DNA of 64,000 nucleotides, from the NCBI GenBank assembly GCA_036679645.1, contig JAZDCY010000011.1, positions 1-64,000 on the forward strand. The letters run 5' to 3'. A program made the translations under genes and the position numbers. The DNA comes from Gemmatimonadota bacterium (lineage in GTDB: Bacteria > Gemmatimonadota > Gemmatimonadetes > Gemmatimonadales > GWC2-71-9). Within the stretch, counting starts at the first letter, position 1. Each line of letters opens with the position of its first letter. Positions 1-8,077 of the stretch are shown here, one piece after another. The notes beneath the pieces were generated by a model. It searched no databases. It saw only the letters and a program-made list of their open reading frames with translations, and was not told the DNA's origin.

Positions 1-113
1 GGTGTTGGCAGGAGCACGGTTCAGAGACGGCATGCAGGAAACTGACCGAGGGAAAACGGATCGAAAGGTTGCCGCTTGATCAAACCGCGATCCACAACAT
101 TTGACAATACCTC
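1..113 (+). mobile_element. Right end of an IS256-family-like insertion sequence (transposase C-terminus 2..79 plus terminal IR ~91..113)
   Basis: Frame starting at 2 reads VLAGARFRDGMQETDRGKTDRKVAA* (stop 77-79), resembling IS256 transposase C-termini. It is followed by TCCACAACATTTGACAATACCTC, an IS256-type terminal IR. The rest lies outside the window. Confidence 0.6.
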
Positions 114-257
114 CACTGCCGGCTGGTAAGGAGGTCGTTGGCTTGTGCGCCGGGTGAGGATTGTGCACGTTCGGCAAGAGTTGATTATGCGCGGTGCAGG
201 TACCGGTGGCTCGCCCGCCAGTGAGTTGCCTGCAGCTCAAGCGCAAGGACGTTAGAC
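114..257 (+). repeat. attC site, long family, left arm cut off by the IS256 end
   Basis: Ends CAGCTCAAGCGCAAGGAC-GTTAGAC (R' GTTRRRY at 251-257). 134-257 is a near copy of 1918-2040. Confidence 0.8.
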
Positions 258-279
258 GGCGGCAGCAAAGGGAACGCCG

Positions 280-525
280 GTGCAAGAAGGCAACCAGAGT
301 TTCGTTGATGTCTATCATCCTGCCAGCCACGAGGAGTTAGCGGTCCTTCGATTGGCGCTGGACGCTGCCGCCATCCACCATTTCGTGAAGAACGAATACG
401 CCACGCTCGGATCGCGTGGCGCGATTGGCTCGGATCAGCTGGCTATCATGGTGGAAGCAGCTCGCGCTGACGAGGCCGGGCATCTGATTCGCAGCGCATT
501 GGGCGTCGGGCGGACGCCTCAATGA
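280..525 (+). CDS. Cassette ORF, small DUF2007-like (putative signal-transducing) protein
   Basis: 81 aa, pattern ELAVLRLALDAAAIHHFVKNE...IMVEAARADEA. Bracketed by GTTAGACGGCGGC (251-263) and its complement GCCGCCGTCTAAC (526-538). Confidence 0.65.
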   Translation: MQEGNQSFVDVYHPASHEELAVLRLALDAAAIHHFVKNEYATLGSRGAIGSDQLAIMVEAARADEAGHLIRSALGVGRTPQ

Positions 526-539
526 GCCGCCGTCTAACA

Positions 540-825
540 CCATTAAAAAGTGCCCTGTCAAGTGGACGCAGTATCCCTAGCGGCGAGCGTGCTCGCCGCT
601 TTCTTGCTTTCGCAGCTGTTCAACTTCCCTGAGCGCGACGTGGCGTCTGCCGGTGGTATCGCGTGGAGCGTCACGAGCAGTGGCGTCCAAACACCATTAT
701 GGGCTTGCCGATTCGCTACGGTTGCGCGCGAGTCGTCGCCTCGCACCGAGGCGATCCCAGATACGTTCCTGGCACAACGCCGGGCTTCCCAATCAAGCGC
801 GTGAGCCCGCGTGCTGCGGACTCAG
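540..825 (-). ncRNA. Putative IS1111 seekRNA/bridge-RNA-encoding non-coding region
   Basis: ~285 bp non-coding region downstream of the transposase, the IS1111 arrangement. Contains CAAGCGC (794-800; core plus target flank) and CACCATTA (692-699; core plus IS end). RNA ends are unknown. Confidence 0.55.
579..610 (+). terminator. Intrinsic-terminator-like hairpin inside the IS
   Basis: AGCGGCGAG-CGTG-CTCGCCGCT followed by TTCTTGCTTT. Confidence 0.5.
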
Positions 826-1790
826 TTAGGCGGGTGGGCTTGCCCGGCGTGGCCACTGCGCGAGTTTCCGATGACTCAGCGCTCGACCCTTGAACTGCCC
901 ATTGAAGTCCTCGTGCGCCGTGAGGACGTGATAGACGATGCGCGCCAGCTCGAGCGCGACCAACGTGCGCGCGATCCGGATCGGTTTCTTGCGGGCCTTG
1001 GCTTTGAAGAAAGCACGGATCTCCGGGTTGTACTGGACGGCGCGGATGCCGGCGTGACTGAACGCGAGCTTGAGGTAGCGATTGCCCGCCTTCGAGCCCG
1101 AGCGATGCCGCGTGCGCCCGGCGGAGTTGTCGGCGCCGGGAACGAGGCGGCAGTGGGAGAAGAACTGTTTGGCCGAGGGGAAGCGTTCGATGCCATCGAT
1201 CTCGGTGTAGATGGTAAACGCGTTGACCTTGCCGATGCCGGGAATCCAGAGCAGGCGTTGGATGTCGTCATTCGGGATGAGGTGGGGATGGAGAGCGCGT
1301 TCTATAGTCGTGATCTGATCCGCGAGCAGCGCGATCTGCGCTTCATGACAGGCAGCCTGCAGGCGGTAGGCCTCGTCCAGCTCGGCGAGGCATGCGACGT
1401 TGAACTTCTCGAGCAGGCGTTCGATGCTGTTCTTTGCACTGGCACACTTCTCGACCAGGCGCAGGCGGGGATGAGATCAGCCCGGAGGAGCAGTGCGAGG
1501 ACATCGGAGTCGACCTTGTCGGTTTTGACCTTGGCAGCAGAAATGGCCTTGAGCCGGGTGGCATGCGCTAGTCGGAGGTCGACGTGCAGGTCACCGAGGA
1601 GATCCGCTAGCCAGTACCAGCTGCCGGTGGATTCGACGACCGCCCGGTGCGGACCGGTGAATTGGGCGAAGTAGCGCTGGAGTTGGAGTGGCACGTTGGG
1701 GACTCGCTCCTGTTTGACGACCGCGCCGTCGGGCCCGTAGGTTGTGATGTAGCAATCGCGTTTGTGCTGGTCGATGCCGGAATAGAACAT
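826..1790 (-). pseudogene. IS110-family (DEDD) transposase with internal deletion/frameshift near 1468
   Basis: MFYSGIDQHK...VVEST...KTDKVDS...LLRADLIP, then continues in another frame as RLRLVEK...IPGIGKVNA...RFPSAKQFFSHCRLVPGADNSAG...GNRYLK...RRASPPA* (stop at 826). Confidence 0.85.
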
Positions 1791-1875
1791 GGGGTGCCCT
1801 CTTGGTGGTAACGGGTCATGAGACGTGAGACCTCTTATCGAGACGTTACTCCTCGAGGGCACTTCTTGGAAACAT

Positions 1876-2040
1876 CAAGCGCTTGCAGTTGTCGGCCGCG
1901 TTCGATCGTTATGGATGTCGTTGGCTTGTGCGCCGGTGGGGGATAGTGCACGTTCGGCAGAAGTTGATTATGCGCAGGGCAAGTACCGGCGCCTCGCCCC
2001 TCAGCGAGTTGCCCACAACTCAAGCGCAGGGACGTTAGGC
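1876..2040 (+). repeat. attC site (remainder after IS insertion; R'' GTCTAAC at 532-538)
   Basis: L'' GCGCTTGCAGTTG pairs with L' CAACTCAAGCGC with one extrahelical base. R' GTTAGGC at 2034-2040. Reconstituted length 171 bp. Confidence 0.9.
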
Positions 2041-2155
2041 CGCGTTGCCACGGACGAGAGGGTCGACGAGCGGGAGGGGAACAGAGATGCCCTCCCGCGC
2101 CCCATGAGCCGCGCTCAGACGCTTCGGCTCTCGCCGCTCGGCGGTTCGTTCAAGG

Positions 2156-2184
2156 TTGACTAACTTTGCAGTACAAAGTACATT
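2156..2184 (+). promoter_or_regulatory. Sigma70-like promoter with a palindromic operator in the spacer
   Basis: TTGACT-17bp-TACATT; ACTTTG-N5-CAAAGT at 2163-2179. Confidence 0.65.
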
Positions 2185-2234
2185 GCCGTCGCCTTGGAAG
2201 GGCAGTGGACACGGAGGTGCATGGAGGCGAGCCA

Positions 2235-2819
2235 ATGGTAGGAGACTCAAAAAACGCAGGCGGACTGCACGGCGGCCGTTGGAGGATCGCGAGCTGGTCC
2301 GCCGCGGCGGTTGTGCTGCTGCTGCCCCTGGTTGCGATGCAGTTCACCGATGAGGTGAACTGGAGTGTGGCCGATTTCGCTTTGGCCGCCGCCCTCCTGC
2401 TGAGCGTTGGCATACCCCTTGAGCTTGCACTGAGGAAGTCGGGCGACATCGCGTACCGCGCCGGCGTTGGCGTTGCGCTCGTGGCGGCATTCATCCTTGT
2501 CTGGGTGAACGGTGCCGTTGGCATCATCGGGTCCGAGAACAACGACGCCAATTTGATGTATGGCGGGGTGCTGGCAGTCGGTATCATCGGTGCCATCATC
2601 GCGCGCTTCCAAGCCCGTGGGATGGCGCGCGCGTTGTTCGCCACGGCGTTCATCCAGGCGTTGATCGCCGTGATCGCGCTCGTCGCCGGGCTGGGTTCCC
2701 CGGAAAACGGGCCGCGAGAGATAGTGGGGATGAACGCGTTCTTTGTCCTGCTCTTCGTTGGATCGGCTTTGCTTTTTCAGAAGGCGGCACGTGGGCTACC
2801 CGAACGGCGCGCAGCATAG
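2235..2819 (+). CDS. Cassette ORF, multi-pass membrane protein of unknown function
   Basis: GGAGG RBS then ATG at 2235; ~6 hydrophobic segments (RWRIASWS...LVAMQFTDEVNW). Confidence 0.75.
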   Translation: MVGDSKNAGGLHGGRWRIASWSAAAVVLLLPLVAMQFTDEVNWSVADFALAAALLLSVGIPLELALRKSGDIAYRAGVGVALVAAFILVWVNGAVGIIGSENNDANLMYGGVLAVGIIGAIIARFQARGMARALFATAFIQALIAVIALVAGLGSPENGPREIVGMNAFFVLLFVGSALLFQKAARGLPERRAA

Positions 2820-2911
2820 CCCAGCGCTGCAGGCCGATAGCAAGTGGATCTGCAGCATCGCCGTACGGCCACCTTCAGTCGCCTCTCAAACCGTACGCTG
2901 AAACCCTCGCG

Positions 2912-3032
2912 GCATAACCCGCGCTTGCAGCAGTCGAGCCCCTGACGCTTCGGCCGCCGCCGGATTTCTTTGGGCATTGGATCGGCGGTGGCCTCAGCAG
3001 GGACTCGCAGCTCAAACGCAGGGACGTTAGGC
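2912..3032 (+). repeat. attC site (121 bp)
   Basis: R''-like GCATAAC (2912-2918; CGCGGCATAAC complements GTTAGGCCGCG at 2034), L'' GCGCTTGCAGC, L' GCAGCTCAAACGC, R' GTTAGGC 3026-3032. Confidence 0.85.
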
Positions 3033-3114
3033 CGCGCAGACGCCGAAAGGGATCCTTCATGTACCAGGCAATTGTTGAGGCGTGGCTCGCCGCGTGGAGT
3101 GGGGGCAGGAAGCC

Positions 3115-4146
3115 GTGAAATCCGCAAGCGAGCTTGTAGGCGCCCTGTTCGTGGCTTCACTCATCTCCCTGTGGCCCGTCCCTGCGTTCGCGCAGGATCT
3201 GAAGATGGTCGAGCTCGGCACATGCCCGCTTGAAAGCGGAGAGACCCTGGCCCCATGCACCGTGGGATACCGAACGCTCGGATCGCTAAACAGCGAGCGG
3301 GACAACGCGATCCTGGTACCAACCTGGTTCACCGGTAACTCGGAAGCATCTGCGGGCTTCGCTGCCGCATTCGTGGACACCACTGCGTTCTACGTGATCG
3401 TTGTCGATGCCCTGGGCAACGGCGTGTCGACATCACCCAGCAACTCGCCGACCCAGGGCGGTGAGTCGTTCCCGAGAATCTCCATAGGCGACATGGTGGA
3501 GAGCCAGTATCGGCTCGTGACCGAAGTGCTGAGCCTCGACCAGCTCTACGCCGTAACCGGCGCGTCCATGGGTGGGATGCAGACCTTCGAGTGGATGGTG
3601 GCCCACCCACGCTTCATCCAGAAGGCGGTTCCGCTGATCGGATCGCCCAAGCTTGGCCCCTATGACATCGCACTGTGGGAGACTGAGCTCCGGATTCTCG
3701 ACCTTTACGAGGCTTGTCGCTGCACCGAAGCCGCGGTCACGCTCGCAGGTGTCGCTATGCTTGCCGGCTCCTCCCCGGAAAGGGTCGAGTCGCAAACTGA
3801 CCCTGAGCAGGTCGAGGCCTCATTGGAGGCTGCCGCTCGGCGCACGCTGGAACGCCCGGACGGGTGGACGCACGACATGGCAAGCCAGCTGCACGCCATG
3901 ATCGGCCACGACATCTCACGGAACTTCGACGGTGACATGTCAGCCGCCGCTGACGCCGCCCAAGCTGAGCTCCTCTCTGTGGTCGTCAGGACCGATCACG
4001 TCGTAACACCATGGTCGTCGATTGAGTTCGTAGAGATGGTCGATGGTGAGTCCTTTGTCATTGACAATGCAGGAGGCCACGGCGGGCTCTTCGTTCCAGG
4101 GACCGGATACGAAGCACGGGTCCGCGCGTTCCTGGTACGAGACTGA
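3115..4146 (+). CDS. Cassette ORF, secreted alpha/beta hydrolase of the homoserine acetyltransferase (MetX)-like family
   Basis: Signal-peptide-like N-terminus (..PAFA/QD), GYRTLGSLN..NAILVPTWFTG, GASMGG nucleophile elbow, C-terminal GGHG. Confidence 0.8.
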   Translation: MKSASELVGALFVASLISLWPVPAFAQDLKMVELGTCPLESGETLAPCTVGYRTLGSLNSERDNAILVPTWFTGNSEASAGFAAAFVDTTAFYVIVVDALGNGVSTSPSNSPTQGGESFPRISIGDMVESQYRLVTEVLSLDQLYAVTGASMGGMQTFEWMVAHPRFIQKAVPLIGSPKLGPYDIALWETELRILDLYEACRCTEAAVTLAGVAMLAGSSPERVESQTDPEQVEASLEAAARRTLERPDGWTHDMASQLHAMIGHDISRNFDGDMSAAADAAQAELLSVVVRTDHVVTPWSSIEFVEMVDGESFVIDNAGGHGGLFVPGTGYEARVRAFLVRD

Positions 4147-4164
4147 AGCGCAGGAACGTTAGGC
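4142..4164 (+). repeat. attC right half-site only
   Basis: ACTGAAGCGCAGGAAC-GTTAGGC overlaps the preceding stop codon; no R''/L'' arm visible. Confidence 0.65.
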
Positions 4165-4234
4165 AGACCGTCCTTCGGACAAGCCCGCAGGCGCTGACGT
4201 GTGGTAGGGAACTGACCCTCAACGTCCGAACGCA

Positions 4235-4883
4235 CCGCGTGCGGCATAGCCGGTCCCGTCGGCCCGTGCGGCCATTCGTCCCGGTTCATCGAGAGCCCCG
4301 GTCCAAGCCCGTCCACCTGCCCGAACGCCTTGTCGGGGGTGAGTTCGCCGGTGTCCGGGTCAACCCAGTACATTCGCACCAGTCTGGCATCCGTACCGAT
4401 GCCGGTCACCGCCACCCGGTAGGTGCCGGGGTCGACCTGCGCCCAGTGCGGCATGAACGCTTCCTCCAACGTCAGTCGCGCCACCTCGACCGGGCTCGTC
4501 GGATCAGACACGTCGAGTGTCACAATCTCGTTCGTGAACATGTTCGGGAGCACTTCGAACTTGCCGACTATGGTCGGCACAGCGCACCCGGCCGTCTCCG
4601 GCCAGTTCATGAGCACATCGACCCGAGGCTGGTCGGTCTCCATTGCGTGGATCCTGTAGAAGCCGCACGCGATCGTGTTCAAGATCGCCGACCCATCGGG
4701 AAGCGTACGGATTTCGAAAGGACGGTCGTGACCGGGGACTCTCGACGGAGTGCAGTCTTCTCCGGCAACCAGCTGTTCGATGAAGCACTCGGACCCTTCG
4801 GCGGGTGGCAGCGGCGGAAGCGACAAGGTGGCGAGCGGTGTGAGGTCGGAGAGCCGCCAGAGCTGAAGCACGTTCTCAGAACG
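4235..4883 (-). pseudogene. C-terminal fragment of a selenium-binding-protein (SBP56)-like beta-propeller, inverted relative to the array
   Basis: VLQLWRLSDL...PFEIR...CGFYRI...LDVSDPTSPVEVARL...PHW...DPDTGEL...WPHGPTGPAMPH; 5' end runs into the attC half-site at 4884. Confidence 0.55.
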
Positions 4884-4905
4884 CTCGAGCGCAAGGACGT
4901 TAGCT
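4883..4905 (+). repeat. attC right half-site only
   Basis: GCTCGAGCGCAAGGAC-GTTAGCT; its complement CAGCTAAC is at 5427-5434. Confidence 0.65.
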
Positions 4906-4939
4906 GCGTGCACCACGCCGAAAACTGCGGTGAGTGAAC

Positions 4940-5400
4940 ATGTCGCAAAGCAAATACCGGGCTGTAATGTTTGACCTGCTGACAGCCCTTTTGAATTCCT
5001 GGTCGCTTTGGAATCTGGTAGCTGGGTCGGATCAGACCGGTTTTAGTTGGAGAAGAAGGTATCTGAGATTGACCTATCAAGCGGGTCCATACCGATACTA
5101 CGAGGGAATTATCAAAGATGCCGCAAGAGATGTCGGGGTACCTTGTGAACGGGCAGAGGAACTCATACAGCGTTGGGACCAGATTGAACCTTGGCCTGAA
5201 ACGAAACAAGTATTGCGAGAGCTGAGCGGAAGGCGGAGCACGTTGTCTTCGTCGCCGGCTCAGCTTCAGATGTTCCCGGAGCATCGGGAGTTGGCATGCC
5301 TGTCTTTTGGCATAATCGAATGAATCTCGAGCCCTTGGATTCGAGTGCCGAGCCTCTGTACGTATCCGACACCCTATTGCCAGTATTGGATATTTTCTGA
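4940..5400 (+). pseudogene. Cassette HAD-family hydrolase (haloacid dehalogenase-like) with internal deletion/frameshift near 5233
   Basis: AVMFDLLTALLNSW...PWPETKQVLRELSGR, then another frame gives AEHVVFVAGSASDVPGASGVGMPVFWHNR...LDIF*; central HAD motifs II/III are missing. Confidence 0.75.
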
Positions 5401-5427
5401 GAGACCTCGGTGCACGGGAAAGAGTGC

Positions 5428-5500
5428 AGCTAACCAATCGCTGCACACGGGCGTGGATTCCGCTACGTTTCATCCACGCCTGTAAGCTCAAGCACTAGAC
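5428..5500 (+). repeat. Short attC site with degenerate R'
   Basis: AGCTAAC...GGCGTGGAT/ATCCACGCC hairpin...CTCAAGC-ACTAGAC. Confidence 0.6.
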
Positions 5501-5569
5501 GGCTTCATTGCTCAGCTCCCCGTGGCGGTAAGCGGGTCGTATGTTCACTGGAAAAAGAGCCGACTCAGA

Positions 5570-6580
5570 ATGAAGGCGGTTGTCCAAGAGAAGTATGGTT
5601 CTCCTGATGACCTAGAACTCCGCGAAGTCGACAAGCCGGCGGTCGGCGACGATGAAGTCCTGGTGCGAGTACGCGCGGCTTCGGTCCATCCGGATGTCTG
5701 GCATGTCGTGAGCGGGCGGCCCTATGTCCTTCGCCTGATGGGAGCGGGGCTCTTCAAACCCAAGAACCCGATCCCTGGCACCGACATGGCCGGCATCGTC
5801 GAGTCGGTCGGCAAAGGCGTGACACGGTTTCACCAGGGTGATGAGGTGTTCGGCGAAACCATCCACGTTCTGCAATGGACAAACGGCGGCGCATTTGCCG
5901 AATACGTAGCTGTTCGACGAGACTTGCTGGCGCTGAAACCTGACAACATCACGTTCGAACAGGCCGCCTCCGTCCCCTCATCCGGATTCATCACCCTGCA
6001 GAATCTCCGTGGCGCGAGCGAGGTACTCCCAGGCAAAAAGGTGTTAATCAACGGCGCCGGGGGCGGTGTGGGTTCCCTCGCCTTACAGATCTCGAAGGCC
6101 TACGGCGCGCACGTGACCGCCGTGGATACCACGAGCAAGCTGAGCATGCTCCGCTCATTAGGGGCAGATGATGTCATCGATTACACCCAGGAGGATTTCA
6201 CTCGAAGTGGCGTTCGCTACGATCTCATTTTCGATATTCCGGGGAACCGCCCATTCTCGACATTCATGGGGGCGCTAGAACCTGACGGGAGATACGTACC
6301 CATCGGGCACGGTAATTTTGGAGCGTCGGGCAGACATGTGTTCGGACTCATTCCCCATTTCCTAAGACTCATGTTCCTTTCACGCTTCGTGAAGCAACTG
6401 CGGGGTCCGAGCGTCCCGTTACCCAACAAGAAAGAGGTAATGGCCATCCTCACGGAACTGCTCGAAGCCGGGAAGATCACACCAGTCATCGACAGTACAT
6501 ATCCCCTGAGTGAGGCCCGCGAGGCTTTCCGGCACATGATCGAGGACGAACTCCAAGGGAAAGTGATCATCACCGCGTGA
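5570..6580 (+). CDS. Zinc-independent MDR-family NAD(P)H oxidoreductase (quinone-reductase/RTN4I1-like)
   Basis: MKAVVQEKYGSPD..., GTDMAG, VLINGAGGGVG, VIDYT, GKVII. Confidence 0.9.
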   Translation: MKAVVQEKYGSPDDLELREVDKPAVGDDEVLVRVRAASVHPDVWHVVSGRPYVLRLMGAGLFKPKNPIPGTDMAGIVESVGKGVTRFHQGDEVFGETIHVLQWTNGGAFAEYVAVRRDLLALKPDNITFEQAASVPSSGFITLQNLRGASEVLPGKKVLINGAGGGVGSLALQISKAYGAHVTAVDTTSKLSMLRSLGADDVIDYTQEDFTRSGVRYDLIFDIPGNRPFSTFMGALEPDGRYVPIGHGNFGASGRHVFGLIPHFLRLMFLSRFVKQLRGPSVPLPNKKEVMAILTELLEAGKITPVIDSTYPLSEAREAFRHMIEDELQGKVIITA

Positions 6581-6626
6581 TAGGTGGACGCGCAGAGTAT
6601 CGATATACAAGACGGCAGGGGTCCTC

Positions 6627-6981
6627 TTGAGCGGTACCGCACGTTTCAAGGAGCCGATCGCCTGTACGCAGACGGAGCACAGGGAGTTCGCGCGTCTTAT
6701 TCGCCAAGGCTTTGATGGCTCCGGCGGACGCACGCGTCAGCCCTGCAGATTACACGCTCGAACTTGGCTGGGTCTTCGTCACTCCTGCCCACCGAGCGAA
6801 CCGGATTGCCGAGAGCTTGTGCCGGCAGCTCTTGGCGCGCGTGCCTGCGTCCTGTGTTTTTGCCACGACCCGCCCCAACAACAGCTCCATGATTAGGATC
6901 CTTCTCGCCCTCGGCTTTGAGCGAGTCGGGAAGCCATATCCACGCCGCAACGAAGAACTTGTGCTATTCTTGCAGTCCTAG
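6627..6981 (+). pseudogene. GNAT acetyltransferase split by deletion/frameshift near 6722
   Basis: N-part ...EFARLIRQGFDGS and C-part ADYTLELGWVFVTPAHRANRIA...FATTRPNNSSMIRILLALGF are in different frames. Confidence 0.65.
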
Positions 6982-7109
6982 TCGAGGGGTCGCGGGCAGC
7001 GTTTGGGGTGATGGGTCTCGCAGATCTATTCCCGCGCTCGGGCCGCACTGGGCGACGACGCCTCGCTGTCATCGTAGGCGCTAGGCGTGAGTACGGCGCT
7101 CGCCGACCG

Positions 7110-7234
7110 GAACTAGTGTGGAAGCCGCTAACTTGTGCACCTGGAGACGGTTGAACACGTTCAGCTATTGAGCGCCGCCTGCGACGGCACGCCAACAGCG
7201 GGTCGCCCGGAACTGAAGCGCAGGGACGCTAGGC
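7110..7234 (+). repeat. Diverged member of the long attC family
   Basis: TGTGGAAGCCGCTAACTTGTGCACC aligns with TATGGATGTCGTTGGCTTGTGCGCC (~1910-1934). Ends AACTGAAGCGCAGGGAC-GCTAGGC (R' GTT changed to GCT). Confidence 0.65.
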
Positions 7235-7277
7235 CACATCATGTGGTTCCCTCCACCAGGCAAGGAGCGAGGCGCGA

Positions 7278-7649
7278 ATGAGCATCCGGCGAGTCGTCCC
7301 GAACATCCCGACCAGTCGGCTAGATGAAAGCCGTCAGTTCTACACGGACTTGCTGGGCTTTGAGGTCGGGATGGATATGCCTCTGGGCGCGGGCCGGATT
7401 CTGACGCTCGTTTCGCCGACCAATCCCACCGCTCAACTCAGTTTGCTCGCGAGTCCCGAGTCCACTGTGCAATCCCATCAGTTGACACTCTCGATTGAAG
7501 TTGCTGCAGCTGATTCGCTTCACGCGCGTGCGATCGCCAACGGCGTCCCGATTGTGTATCCGTTGACAACTGAGCCTTGGGGCGTCCGGCGGTTTCATGT
7601 TGCCGATCCGAATGGCATTGTCATCAACGTGATGACTCATAAGGAATGA
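7278..7649 (+). CDS. Cassette ORF, VOC/glyoxalase family protein
   Basis: SRQFYTDLLGF...LSIEV...EPWGVRRFHVADPNG; followed by R'' GCCTAAC (7654-7660). Confidence 0.9.
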   Translation: MSIRRVVPNIPTSRLDESRQFYTDLLGFEVGMDMPLGAGRILTLVSPTNPTAQLSLLASPESTVQSHQLTLSIEVAAADSLHARAIANGVPIVYPLTTEPWGVRRFHVADPNGIVINVMTHKE

Positions 7650-7660
7650 TGCGGCCTAAC

Positions 7661-8004
7661 GCGCGTCAGGGCGGCGTGGAGGCGTTCAAGCGATACCTAC
7701 GCCGCTCATTCGTATTCTATTCCTGAGTCCGGTCCTCAAGAAGGGCCGCTTTGGCCGGTCGTCGAAGACGCCGAAACCCTTTGAACCGGCTGCATCGCCC
7801 GGCTCGCTCGAGGTTGTCACGGCGCGACTGCAGGCGGCCGCCACCGCGTTGGAGGAGGACATTCAGACAGCAACTGGATCTGGACAGGTTACATTGAACC
7901 ACCCGGTCTTCGGGAAGCCCCTCGTCGATTACTTGCAATTCCAGGTCATTCACACCCACCATCACCGAGCGCACCTGGCCGCGAACGATCAGAAACATGG
8001 ATAG
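7661..8004 (+). pseudogene. 5'-truncated DinB-like gene remnant (absent from the ORF track)
   Basis: Frame from 7681 reads ...KTPKPFEP...NHPVFGKPLVDYLQFQVIHTHHHRAHL...* with no start codon; begins right after the orphan R'' site. Confidence 0.55.
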
Positions 8005-8077
8005 CACTTCACTCGTAGAACTCAGGAGTCGCCTGCAGCTCGTAATGCAAGAGCGGTGATCCACTCGGAGGTATCCG

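Larger units (their letters stand above)
540..1875 (-). mobile_element. IS110/IS1111-family element inserted in an attC site
   Basis: Subterminal IRs AAAAAGTGCCCT (545-556) and AGGGCACTTCTT (1856-1867), 11/12 match. CA dinucleotide on both sides (538-539, 1876-1877). Removing the element restores GTCTAA-CA-AGCGCTTGCAG. Long non-coding region lies downstream of the transposase. Confidence 0.85.

Noticed and set aside
1460..1475. Programmed frameshift in the IS transposase
   Set aside because: Conserved residues appear missing at the junction and no slippery heptamer is present, so a deletion is more likely.
7126..7132. CGCTAAC as an attC R'' site
   Set aside because: It aligns with the central CGTTGGC of the long attC family and no matching L'' follows.
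114..7660. Repeats as a CRISPR array
   Set aside because: Spacing is gene-sized, the repeats have attC R/L structure, and there are no cas genes.
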